From Actinomycetota bacterium (lineage in GTDB: Bacteria; Actinomycetota; Nitriliruptoria; Nitriliruptorales; JAHWKO01), in assembly GCA_019347675.1 (NCBI GenBank), contig JAHWKW010000015.1:17655-81654 (forward strand): DNA of 64,000 nucleotides, given 5' to 3'. The translations under genes and the position numbers were made by a program. Positions 33,465-42,480 of this stretch are shown here, piece after piece (the first letter of the stretch is position 1; every line of letters starts with the position of its first letter). The notes under the pieces were generated by a model. That model was not told where the DNA came from and did no database searches. It saw nothing but the letters and a program-made list of their open reading frames with translations.

Positions 33465-35606
33465 TCACGTGTCGTCCTCCTGTGGAGGCGGTGGGGCGTC
33501 GTCGGGGGGCCCGATGGTGATCGGTGCGTCGAAGCCGAAGTAGGTGTGATCCATGAAGTGTCCCTGGGCGCGCATCTCGGCACGGCGGACGAGCCCGCCG
33601 TCATCGATCCACAGCCGGTACCAGATCGGGCTCTGGTCGCCCACGAGGACGAAGAACGACAGGATCTGTGTCCCAGTGCCATCGATGTCCTCCGCGTCGA
33701 CGACGTGCACGCCGCGCTTGTCCTCGTAGTCCCAGATGTAGGACGGGACGCGCAGGGACGGCCCGCGGCTGACCATCCACGGCTGGTCCTCCTTGCGGCG
33801 CCAGATGACGTCGCCGACGCGGATCGTGACGCGGTCGTAGGTGTGGACCTCGAACCGCAGCCGGTCGGGGGCGACCATCGCTGCGGAGGACCGGATCGGA
33901 GGATCGGTGGGCCCGAAGACCTCCTCGTAGCGCAGCGACCGCAGATCGCCCATGACCCGCGCCATCCGCTCGAGCAGATCGGTGCCGTCGGGGGCGGGAA
34001 GTGGGGGCAGCGGGAACCTCGCGGGCGAACCGTTCACGCCGTCCATGGTGACCTCGATCGTCTCGCCGCCGTCGAGCACCAGTGCGGTCTCGCGGCACGC
34101 CAGGCCGCACGACTCGAGGGTGTGCTGCTTTCCAGCGACGGTCAGCATGGCGCGCCGGCCCTCGGCGTTCTCCGGACCGCCGCCCGGCAGCAGGTGGACG
34201 AGCACGTCGTTGCGGCCGGGACGGCCCGGGCGCAACGTCAGCCCGACGACCACGTCCCCGGTGGTCGCCGCCAGCGTCAGGTCGTCCTCACGGGGATAGG
34301 CCGGCGACGCGGTGCCGTGGGCCTGGGCTGCATCCTCGGCGGCGCGGCGGGGCGGCACCGGGTAGGCGGCGAGCAGGGCAGCGGCCGCGACCACGATCAC
34401 CGACAGCACCGCCTCGCGACGGGGACGTGCCACGCGACGCTGCCAGGCTCGCCACGACAGCGGCACCATGAGCGCGACCGCGGTGAGCTTCAAGGCCAGC
34501 ACCTGCCCGTAGGAGGTGGTCCACAGATCCCGGACGGCGAGGAGCTCCTGGGTTCCACGCAGGCTCCCGGACGCCACCGTCGCGATGAACGCCGGGATCG
34601 CGACCGGGGAGAACCGACGCAGCAGCTCACGCGCGTCCCCAGCCTGCCAGCCCCCCGGCGGGCGGAGCATCGCGAGGGCCAGGATCCCACCCGCCCACAG
34701 ACCCGCCGACACCAGGTGGGCCGCGTCGACCGTGACCGCCCACCACGTGGGCTGGGCCGCCGCGGCGTGACCCGACGCCGCCAGCGCCCCGACCGCGGCG
34801 ACCGCCCCGACCGCAGCCGCCCATCCGAGCCCGCCCGCCGCCGCCAGCACGGCCACCCCCTCCGCCGCCAGACGCACGAGCCGAGGGACGCCCGGTTCGG
34901 CGGTCAGGTAGCGGCCGACCGACGCCGGCGACAGCGTCGGTGCGGCGAGCAGCGCCTCGCCGACCACCACGGCCGCGCCGGCCGCCAGGGCCACACCCAG
35001 GGTCCAGGCGAGCCGGACCCGGACCCAGGACAGCGGCGGGTCGCGTCGCCCCAGCCGTGAGAGGAGCAGCATGCCGACGGCGGTGAGCAGCGCCGCGTAC
35101 TCCACCGCACGCCCGACTGCCAGTACCACGTCGGCAGTCCCTGGCTCGACCGTGGTCGCCGGGGCGGTCTCGGTCGGGGTGACTCCCACACCGAACCGGA
35201 ACGACCCGCGCAGCGTGTGACCGTCCAGCGGCGAGACCGTCTTCCACTCGACGAGGTAGACGCCTTGCGCGGTCGTGTCGAGGCTCGCGGCCATCGTCCG
35301 CTCGCCGGCGGAGGTCCGCTCCCAGACCTGCCCGTCGGGGTCGGTCACCCGCAGCGACGACAGGTCGAGGATCAGCGGCTCGCTGAAGCGCACCGTGACG
35401 ATCCCCGGTGCGGTCGCCAGTTGTGTGCCGGCTTCCGGCTCCGACGAGACGAGCGCGGCGTGACCCCACGCCGGGGAGATGTCCACGGCGAGGAGCCACG
35501 CCGCGGCCAGCAGGGCAGCGAACACGGTGCGTACGCGGACGCCACGACGCACGGTTTCGAGCACGCGACCTCTGGATACGGCGACGACGGTCGGCTGGCC
35601 CGTCAT
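33465..35606 (-). CDS. CopC-CopD fusion copper-resistance-like membrane protein with an extra C-terminal extracytoplasmic region
   Basis: 713 aa. Signal peptide followed by the HAALVSSEPEAG... CopC fold start, a multi-TM CopD-like middle section, and an about 250-aa soluble tail. Confidence 0.75.
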   Translation of the reverse strand: MTGQPTVVAVSRGRVLETVRRGVRVRTVFAALLAAAWLLAVDISPAWGHAALVSSEPEAGTQLATAPGIVTVRFSEPLILDLSSLRVTDPDGQVWERTSAGERTMAASLDTTAQGVYLVEWKTVSPLDGHTLRGSFRFGVGVTPTETAPATTVEPGTADVVLAVGRAVEYAALLTAVGMLLLSRLGRRDPPLSWVRVRLAWTLGVALAAGAAVVVGEALLAAPTLSPASVGRYLTAEPGVPRLVRLAAEGVAVLAAAGGLGWAAAVGAVAAVGALAASGHAAAAQPTWWAVTVDAAHLVSAGLWAGGILALAMLRPPGGWQAGDARELLRRFSPVAIPAFIATVASGSLRGTQELLAVRDLWTTSYGQVLALKLTAVALMVPLSWRAWQRRVARPRREAVLSVIVVAAAALLAAYPVPPRRAAEDAAQAHGTASPAYPREDDLTLAATTGDVVVGLTLRPGRPGRNDVLVHLLPGGGPENAEGRRAMLTVAGKQHTLESCGLACRETALVLDGGETIEVTMDGVNGSPARFPLPPLPAPDGTDLLERMARVMGDLRSLRYEEVFGPTDPPIRSSAAMVAPDRLRFEVHTYDRVTIRVGDVIWRRKEDQPWMVSRGPSLRVPSYIWDYEDKRGVHVVDAEDIDGTGTQILSFFVLVGDQSPIWYRLWIDDGGLVRRAEMRAQGHFMDHTYFGFDAPITIGPPDDAPPPPQEDDT

Positions 35607-35801
35607 CCTACCGTCGCGTAGTACGAGGACCGCCGCCGTCTCGGCTGGCCCGCCGGTGCGCCTGAACGTCGCGTACGGTCATGCCGCGGGCGACCTGTGA
35701 TGGTCGCGGCGTCGCCACCGCTCGACCGCTCCCGTGCTACGACCCGTCGGGAGCATCCACCGACGTCGACGCAGGAGTGGTTGTGCCGAAGGACGTGACG
35801 G

Positions 35802-36557
35802 TCATTCCTCCGCCAGCTGCTCCATCAGCTCGTCGGCGACGTCGTAGTTGGCGTAGAACTCCTGGACATCGTCGTTGTCGTCGATCGCGTCCAGCAGGCG
35901 CATCAGCTTCTTGGCCTGCTGCACGTCGGTGATCGGCACGGTGCTCGCGGGGACCATCGTCGAGACCGCCTCCTTCACCGGCAGGCCCTTGTCCTGCAAC
36001 GCGCCCCGCAGGCCACGCACGTCGCTGGGATCGCACCACGCGATGAACTGGTCCCCTTGGTCCTCGATGTCCTCCAAGCCGGCGTCGAGGCCGGCGACCA
36101 GCACGTCGTCTTCGGTGACGCCGTCGGAGCCGACCACGACCATCCCGCGGCGGTCGAACAGGTACGCCACCGAGCCGGGTTCGGCGAGGCTGCCGCCGTG
36201 CTTGGTGAAGATCGCGCGGACGTCCGCCGCTGTGCGGTTGCGGTTGTCGGTGAGGCAGTCGACCAGCACGGCGACGCCACCCCCCGCGTAACCCTCGTAC
36301 TGGACCGGCTCGTAGGACACCCCTTCGAGCTCGCCGGACCCGCGTTTGACCGCGCGCTCGATCGTGTCCTTGGGGACGGAGTTGTCCTTGGCGCCCTGGA
36401 TGGCGTCGGCGAGCGTCGGGTTGTAGTCGGGGTCGCCGCCACCCTCGCGTGCCGCGACTTCGATGGCACGCACGAGCCGTGCGAAGATCCTGCCGCGCTT
36501 GGCGTCCGCGGCGCCCTTCTTCCGCTTGATCGTTGACCACTTGCTGTGGCCGGACAT
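35802..36557 (-). CDS. yebC: YebC/PmpR family transcriptional regulator
   Basis: 251 aa. MSGHSKWSTIKRKKGAADAKRG. Confidence 0.93.
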   Translation of the reverse strand: MSGHSKWSTIKRKKGAADAKRGRIFARLVRAIEVAAREGGGDPDYNPTLADAIQGAKDNSVPKDTIERAVKRGSGELEGVSYEPVQYEGYAGGGVAVLVDCLTDNRNRTAADVRAIFTKHGGSLAEPGSVAYLFDRRGMVVVGSDGVTEDDVLVAGLDAGLEDIEDQGDQFIAWCDPSDVRGLRGALQDKGLPVKEAVSTMVPASTVPITDVQQAKKLMRLLDAIDDNDDVQEFYANYDVADELMEQLAEE

Positions 36558-36578
36558 CGAAACGCCCTTACGGTGGCT

Positions 36579-37295
36579 TCATCGGTCAGGGTACTGGGGA
36601 CCCGGGTCGGCCTCGCCGCGCTCCTCGGCTCCGCCTGGCAGCGACCGACGTGCCTCCCGGACCTGCGCGACGAACAGCCGGTGGACCCGCCGATCAACGG
36701 TCAGTTCGGGATGGAACGCGGCGGCGAGCAGGTTGCCTTGCCGCACCATCACGGGGTGACCGGCCACCTCGGCGAGGACCTCCACGTCCGAGCCGACCCG
36801 TTCGATCCACGGGGCACGGATGAACACAGCGTGCACCGGCCCGCCGTCGACGCCGCGCACCTCCAGATCGGTCTCGAACGAGTCGACCTGCCGGCCGAAG
36901 GCGTTCCGCCGGGTCGTGACGTCGAGGCCTCCCAGCAGGGTCTGTGGCCGATCCTGTGCGAGCTCGTCGGACAGCAGGATCATGCCGGCGCACGTCCCGA
37001 ACGTCGGCAGGCCCGCGGCGATGTGCTGCCGCAACGGCTCCTCCAGCGCCAGGTGCGAGATCAGCCGCCCGATCGTGGTGGACTCTCCGCCGGGGATGAT
37101 CAGCCCGTCCAGGCCGTCGAGGTCCGCGGGGCGCCGCACGCGGACCGCGTGAGCCCCGGCCTCGCGCACAGCTCGCAGGTGCTCGAGCACGTTGCCCTGC
37201 AGGGCCAACACGCCGATCAGCGGGGCGTCGTCGGGGAGCTCCGGCTCCGGTGGGCGGGTCCGGGTGAGGCGCTCCCCCGGGACCCAATCCGACAT
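36579..37295 (-). CDS. pdxT: Pyridoxal 5'-phosphate synthase glutaminase subunit
   Basis: Start at [33 protein letters not shown]. Confidence 0.9.
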   Translation of the reverse strand: MSDWVPGERLTRTRPPEPELPDDAPLIGVLALQGNVLEHLRAVREAGAHAVRVRRPADLDGLDGLIIPGGESTTIGRLISHLALEEPLRQHIAAGLPTFGTCAGMILLSDELAQDRPQTLLGGLDVTTRRNAFGRQVDSFETDLEVRGVDGGPVHAVFIRAPWIERVGSDVEVLAEVAGHPVMVRQGNLLAAAFHPELTVDRRVHRLFVAQVREARRSLPGGAEERGEADPGPQYPDR

Positions 37296-37296
37296 G

Positions 37297-38196
37297 TCAC
37301 CAGCCTCGGCTGGCCAGTCGGTCGGAAGCGGCGAGCGTCGCGACGTCCATGCCACGCATCGCCTCACCCAACCCATGAGACACCTTGGCGATCACCTCGG
37401 GATCGTCGAAGTGGGTGGTCGCCTCCACGATCGCGCGGGCGCGCCGCTGGGGATCGGCGGACTTGAAGATCCCCGACCCGACGAAGACCCCGTCGGACCC
37501 CAGCTGCATCACCAGCGCGGCATCGGCGGGCGTCGCGACCCCGCCGGCGGTGAACAGCACGACGGGAAGGCGCCCCGCCTCGGCGACCTCACGCACCAGC
37601 GCCTCGGGCGCCTGCAGGTCCTTGGCGGCGGCGAACAGCTCCTCGCCGCGCAGGCCGGCCAGCCGCCGGATCTCGCTGGTGATGGCGCGGATGTGGCGGA
37701 CGGCCTCGACGATGTTGCCGGTCCCCGCCTCACCCTTGGAACGGATCATGGCGGCGCCCTCCGCCATCCGTCGCAGGGCCTCTCCGAGGCTGGTCGCCCC
37801 GCACACGAACGGCACGTCGAACGACCACTTGTCGATGTGGTGCTGCTCGTCGGCGGGGGTCAGGACCTCCGACTCGTCGACGTAGTCGACACCGAGGGCC
37901 TGCAACACCTGCGCCTCGGCGAAGTGGCCGATCCGGGCCTTGGCCATCACCGGGATGGTGACCGCATCCTGGATCTCGGTGATCTTCTCGGGGTCCGACA
38001 TGCGTGCCACGCCGCCCTGCGCGCGGATATCGGAGGGAACACGCTCGAGCGCCATGACCGCGACCGCGCCCGCGGCCTCGGCGATGCGTGCCTGGTCGGC
38101 GTCGACGACGTCCATGATGACGCCGCCCTTGAGCATGTCGGCGAGGCCGCGCTTGACCGGTGTGGTCCCGGTGATGGGGCTGCTGTGGTCAGACAT
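37297..38196 (-). CDS. pdxS: Pyridoxal 5'-phosphate synthase lyase subunit
   Basis: 299 aa. [15 protein letters not shown], ...[11 protein letters not shown]..., FVCGA. Confidence 0.97.
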   Translation of the reverse strand: MSDHSSPITGTTPVKRGLADMLKGGVIMDVVDADQARIAEAAGAVAVMALERVPSDIRAQGGVARMSDPEKITEIQDAVTIPVMAKARIGHFAEAQVLQALGVDYVDESEVLTPADEQHHIDKWSFDVPFVCGATSLGEALRRMAEGAAMIRSKGEAGTGNIVEAVRHIRAITSEIRRLAGLRGEELFAAAKDLQAPEALVREVAEAGRLPVVLFTAGGVATPADAALVMQLGSDGVFVGSGIFKSADPQRRARAIVEATTHFDDPEVIAKVSHGLGEAMRGMDVATLAASDRLASRGW

Positions 38197-38239
38197 CGAG
38201 CTTCCCGGCGCCAGGGGCGGATCGTGTCGCAGCGTACCG

Positions 38240-39289
38240 TCACGGCACCCCCGCGGTGGGGGCGAGGACGAGCCACGTCGGGCCCGGCTTGAGCGGGAAC
38301 GGCTGGTCGTCCGGGCCGGTGAACCGGTAGTGCCGGTCGGGACCCGGCTTCATCCAGCTCGCGGGGTAGCGCTGCCCGTCACGCAGGATCACGGCTCGGC
38401 CGGTCCCGACCGTCCGGGTCCGCGTCAGCGGGTTCCCCGACGCGTCGCAGCACCCGCCGTCGCCGATCTCGACGGCGAGGACGACGACGTTGGCGGCGCC
38501 GATCCGGTCGTCGCCGGTGATCACGTGCGGGGAGCCGTCCTGCAGGCGCCGGTGCAGGCCCGCGTCCGCGTCGTACGCGAACCCGGTCATCGACGCGTGT
38601 GACATCTCGACGGTGATCGACAGGCCCGGGTCCTGGGTGCAGCCCTCACCGCACGGGACCGCACCGTCCGGGGGCTCAGACGCGTAGCTCCAACCGGTCG
38701 GGGAGGCGGGCGGGACGGCATCGGCCGCAGCGGCGAACAGCGCCTCGCCGCGGGCGAACAGGTTGTGTGGTCGCATCCGGTTGCGGTCGCGCCACAGCAC
38801 CTCGCCGTCCTCGGTGACGAACGGGACGCCGGCAGATCGCAGGGACGTCAGCACATCCGGCCGCGCGCCCGAGATGAACAGCATCGCGTCGTAGGCTGGC
38901 ACCAGCTCGGCGTCCTCGGGTCGAGCGGAGCGGATCGGCCCCACCAGCTGTGGGATGCGGCTCTGGAACAGCGCAACGAAGCGGGTCACCCCTCCCTCCG
39001 TCAGCTCCTCGAAGACGACGTCGGCGGCATCGAGCCCCGACTGTGGTCGTCCTGCGGGACTGTTCTCGACCTTGACCGCCACGACCGGGCGGTTCGCGAC
39101 TTCCGCATCGTCGACCGACTCTCCCGTCAGTGGCGCCGTCATCTGCTCCGCACCGGCGGTTCCGACCGGAAGATCGTCGGCGGTCGGAGCTGGGCCAGCA
39201 TCGCGTGGGGCTGCTCCCTCCGTTGCGCACGCCATCAGCAGCGCAGCGACAGCCAGGAGCACAGCAGCGAAGGGGTTGAGGCGGGACAC
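38240..39289 (-). CDS. DUF3048-like secreted lipoprotein
   Basis: GTG start at [21 protein letters not shown] (lipobox LMAC). ...[39 protein letters not shown].... Confidence 0.7.
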   Translation of the reverse strand: MSRLNPFAAVLLAVAALLMACATEGAAPRDAGPAPTADDLPVGTAGAEQMTAPLTGESVDDAEVANRPVVAVKVENSPAGRPQSGLDAADVVFEELTEGGVTRFVALFQSRIPQLVGPIRSARPEDAELVPAYDAMLFISGARPDVLTSLRSAGVPFVTEDGEVLWRDRNRMRPHNLFARGEALFAAAADAVPPASPTGWSYASEPPDGAVPCGEGCTQDPGLSITVEMSHASMTGFAYDADAGLHRRLQDGSPHVITGDDRIGAANVVVLAVEIGDGGCCDASGNPLTRTRTVGTGRAVILRDGQRYPASWMKPGPDRHYRFTGPDDQPFPLKPGPTWLVLAPTAGVP

Positions 39290-39406
39290 GGCGCGTCCTC
39301 TTGGCGGGAGGTTCGGGGCGCCGGTGCAGCCTACGGACTCGCCACCGACCCGACGTCGTCGCCACGGGGGGTGGCATGCTCCGCCACGTCGGGACGGGAG
39401 GCAGGG

Positions 39407-40185
39407 ATGTTTCGCGATCGGGTCGGTCCTGGTGGTGGTCGCCATCTCCGTTGTGGTCACGCGCGTGGCGACCGCCGCGTTGACGGTGACCGGCGTGTCA
39501 CATGACCTGGCGTCCTTCCAGGCCAGGTCGGCCTTCACCGGCGTGGGGTTCACCACATCCGAGACGGTCGCGAACCACCCGGTCCGGCGCCGGATCATCC
39601 TCATCCTGATGCTGCTCAGCAACGCCGGCATCGCGACGGTCATCGCCTCCCTGGTGGTCGGGTTCGTCGACACCGACAGCGCCCGCGTCGCAGCGGCGCG
39701 GCTCGCGGGGCTGGCGGTCGGGCTCGCGATCCTGTGGCTGTTGACGGCGAGCGACCCTTTGGAGCGAGCGATGCGACGCTCGATCGAGCGGGGGCTGCGT
39801 CGCTGGGCGAGTGGCGTCTCCGTCCGTGACGACACGCGCCCGCTCAACGTCTCGGGCCCGTACGCGGTGCAGGAGGACGTCGTCGAGCCCCGACGACTGG
39901 CTGGCTGACACATCACTCCGGGACCTCAATCTGGCGCAGGAAGGGGTGCTGGTGCTGGGTGTGCGGCGCTCTTCGGGGGAGTTCCTCGGCGTCCCAGGCG
40001 CCGACACGCGGCTGCGACCAGGCGACACGGTGATCATGTACGGCAGGGACGATCCCCTGGCCGAGCTGAGTCGCAGACAGGCCGGGATCGGCGGCGAGCA
40101 CGCGCACCGGGAAGCGGTCGAGTCACAGCAACAGGTCAAGGCGCACGAGGAAGCCACCGACCCGGAGCGAGCCGAGTCGGCGTGA
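39407..40185 (+). pseudogene. TrkA-C (RCK C-terminal) domain membrane/channel-like gene, apparently disrupted by two 1-nt frame changes
   Basis: GGGAGG-N5-ATG at 39407 is out of frame by one with the TM domain ORF (...FAIGSVLVVVAISVVVTRVATAALTVTG...). That ORF stops at 39908, while the TrkA-C part (...LADTSLRDLNLAQEGVLVLGVRR...LRPGDTVIMYG) continues in another frame (track ORF 39811..40185). Confidence 0.5.
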
Positions 40186-40602
40186 GCGCTGGACCGGGTC
40201 GTGCTTCGACCGAGGTTGTCGAGGCACCTGAGCCCGCCCAACAGACTGACCGATAAGAAGTATTGCTCCAACCAGCGCATGTTGTGCATTGCTGAGCAGG
40301 CTTCCCATGGCTACACCTGGTTAGCGCTTCACGCGGCTCCCGGTACGGAGAGTTGTTCGACGCCACGCTCGTCCACCCAAGCGGCGCCCCTCAGCCACGG
40401 TTACGCGAAGGGGGGCTACGCCGCGAACACGGGCGTCTCCGTGGGGTCTCACGTCCGTGTCTCCACGGCGGCGGGACAGCCCGCCCATCAGGTGGCCCGC
40501 CTTGCCGGCCTCGGCGAGCTCGCCCAGTTTGCGGCGGGCAAGCCTTTCATCGACGTCGTCGCCGCGGCTTCCTTCTGCGGAGGTCGGGGTACCGCAAGTA
40601 CC

Positions 40603-40878
40603 TCACCCCATCAACGACGACAGCCTTCGGTCCGGTCTGCCTGACGCGCCGATCGTTCCGTCGGGCAGGACGTACTGGTGCACGCGAGCCACCACCGTCG
40701 CCCCCTCGTCGTACAACCACTCTTCGCTTCTCGTCCCTGCCGGCTGATTCGCTGCCTTGGACGGCCGGTTCTCGTCGACCTTCATTGCCGAAAGCTCCCC
40801 ACCGAGCATCCGCTCGTAGAACTCGCCCTCGTTGAACAGGCGCCGGAGCTGCCACTCGTCGATGTACCTCTGCTCCAT
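40603..40878 (-). CDS. Hypothetical protein (islet ORF 1)
   Basis: 91-aa ORF in the lower-GC region. No motif I can name. The frame stays open past its TGA. Confidence 0.35.
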   Translation of the reverse strand: MEQRYIDEWQLRRLFNEGEFYERMLGGELSAMKVDENRPSKAANQPAGTRSEEWLYDEGATVVARVHQYVLPDGTIGASGRPDRRLSSLMG

Positions 40879-40939
40879 AGAGGGCTACCCCCAGGCGGAG
40901 TACGCTTGAATCGGTCACCCGCCGACAGACCGGACCGAG

Positions 40940-41290
40940 ATGACCACGAAGCATCTGCTGAGGTCCTACCTCGACGAGCAGATCTCGGTTGAGGAACTGC
41001 TCGCTGAGCTCACCGAGCAGACGTGGGACGACCCTACGCGGGACCGGCTCGCGATAAGAGCAGTCCACCTCATCGACGAGGCCTCGACGGCTGACCTGTC
41101 CGAAGAACACCTCCGCGAGGAGCTGTCGGACCTCCTCGAAGAGCAGGAGCGTGCGGCCGAGTTGCTGACGCACGTCAGAAGTGAGTCCGCTCATGGGAAT
41201 GTCGTTCTCCGCGGAGTCACAATCAAGTCGGGCGCCCGATCCTCCGGCGTCCGGATCGCTCCCGGATCTCGGCGGGTCGAGGTCTCTTAG
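40940..41290 (+). CDS. Hypothetical acidic helical protein (islet ORF 2)
   Basis: 116-aa ORF. The first about 80 aa are acidic and helical (LLAELTEQTWDD...EELSDLLEEQERAAELL). Divergent from ORF 1. Confidence 0.3.
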   Translation: MTTKHLLRSYLDEQISVEELLAELTEQTWDDPTRDRLAIRAVHLIDEASTADLSEEHLREELSDLLEEQERAAELLTHVRSESAHGNVVLRGVTIKSGARSSGVRIAPGSRRVEVS

Positions 41291-41302
41291 CCACCCTCTG
41301 GG

Positions 41303-41644
41303 TCATCCCCCGAACCCCTCCCGGAACCGCTCTTCCTCGTCTTCTGGCACTGCCAGTCCGACGTTCTGGAAGCGGCACGCTGAGAATGTGCAGTCCTTGA
41401 CCCCGATGGCACCTATGACGGTGTCCCGGTTGCGCGGGATGATCCAGGACAGCGCTTCCCAGTTCGGGGCGTCCCAAGTGCCCCCAACGATCGACACCCC
41501 TTCGAGGGGAACGAGTACCGCCGGGCCCACGATGGTGCAGTTCGCGAAAGTGATGCCCTCTAGCACTGATTCGTTGACCGCCAGCCGAGAAATCTCAACG
41601 ACTTGGTCGCGGTACTCCGAGGCGTAGGGTCGCTGTCGCTCCAC
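41303..41644 (-). CDS. Hypothetical protein (islet ORF 3)
   Basis: 113 aa. Non-GC-biased composition. Its start lies 1 nt from the stop of the PH/SHOCT ORF. Confidence 0.45.
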   Translation of the reverse strand: MERQRPYASEYRDQVVEISRLAVNESVLEGITFANCTIVGPAVLVPLEGVSIVGGTWDAPNWEALSWIIPRNRDTVIGAIGVKDCTFSACRFQNVGLAVPEDEEERFREGFGG

Positions 41645-41645
41645 C

Positions 41646-42059
41646 TCAGATCCCGAGGATCTGCTTCTTCTTCGCCTGGAACTCGTCCTCCGAGAGAATC
41701 CCCTGATTGCCCAGCTCGGCGAGCTTGCGGATCTGCTCCGCGTCGTCCTGCACTGGAGCCGCTTGGGGCTGTGCCATGTCCGCGTCGAGGATCAGCCGCT
41801 GGATGACGTTCTTGAGCTTCTGGGCCTGGTTGTGCGAACAGCGGAACACGATGTCGTTCCCAGCCGCATAGACCGCGACATCGGTACGGAACCCCGACTT
41901 CTTCACCTGCACTGAGGACACCTGACGGATGGGGATCACCTCGGTCTCCTGGTTGGCCCGCGACAGCGACGCCATGGACCGGGCCTTCACCCGTTCGATG
42001 CGATCGGGGTAGACCGACACGATCGAATTTTTCCCCGACTCATGTGACTCGACCGACAC
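41646..42059 (-). CDS. PH-like (YokE-type) domain protein with a C-terminal SHOCT motif
   Basis: 137 aa. The C-terminus IRKLAELGNQGILSEDEFQAKKKQILGI is a typical SHOCT motif. Confidence 0.6.
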   Translation of the reverse strand: MSVESHESGKNSIVSVYPDRIERVKARSMASLSRANQETEVIPIRQVSSVQVKKSGFRTDVAVYAAGNDIVFRCSHNQAQKLKNVIQRLILDADMAQPQAAPVQDDAEQIRKLAELGNQGILSEDEFQAKKKQILGI

Positions 42060-42192
42060 GAGCGCGTCCCCTGTCCTGGACCTCAGCGTCGTCGACGCCA
42101 GTGCGCCTCTGCTCGATCGCTTCCTGGGCGGCGTCCTTGGCCTTGTCCATGCCGTGCTGGACGAATCCCCTCGCCTTGTCCTTCCAGCCCAT
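42040..42192 (-). CDS. Small hypothetical protein (islet ORF 5)
   Basis: Start taken at MGWKDKARGFVQHGMDKAKDAAQEAIEQ, within the track ORF 42040..42234. It overlaps the SHOCT gene start by 20 nt. Confidence 0.3.
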   Translation of the reverse strand: MGWKDKARGFVQHGMDKAKDAAQEAIEQRRTGVDDAEVQDRGRARVGRVT

Positions 42193-42480
42193 GATGAAGC
42201 CCCTTCGTGCGCCCAGGTTCGCGCGTCCCGTCACCCTAGGTCACGCCGAGGCGAGATACCTGCGGTTGCGCTGCTCCAACGCGATCAGCGCCGTCTCCTC
42301 GACCCGGTGATCCCGTCGGACCTCCTGCCACCGTTCGACCGTCACACGCAGCCTCTGCCCAGACAGCGACGCCGGCCGGTCAGACACCTCCAGCTGATCC
42401 GGCGGCTGCCCATCGCGGCCCGCCCGCCGTGCATGAAACCGTCTGCCGGTTGTGCTCCTGGTCCAGCGAAGGCGAACCGG

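Noticed and set aside
35607-35801. Intergenic region upstream of copCD, examined for CsoR/CopY-type operators or a riboswitch.
   Set aside because: I found no clear inverted repeat or conserved motif by eye.
42235-42480. Possible short minus-strand ORF (GTG-start VSDRPASLSGQRLRVTVERWQEVRRDHRVEETALIALEQRNRRYLASA) between pimA and the islet.
   Set aside because: It has no ATG and no convincing RBS. It is short and lies in frame directly after the pimA stop. It could be a decayed gene remnant, but I cannot support it as a feature.
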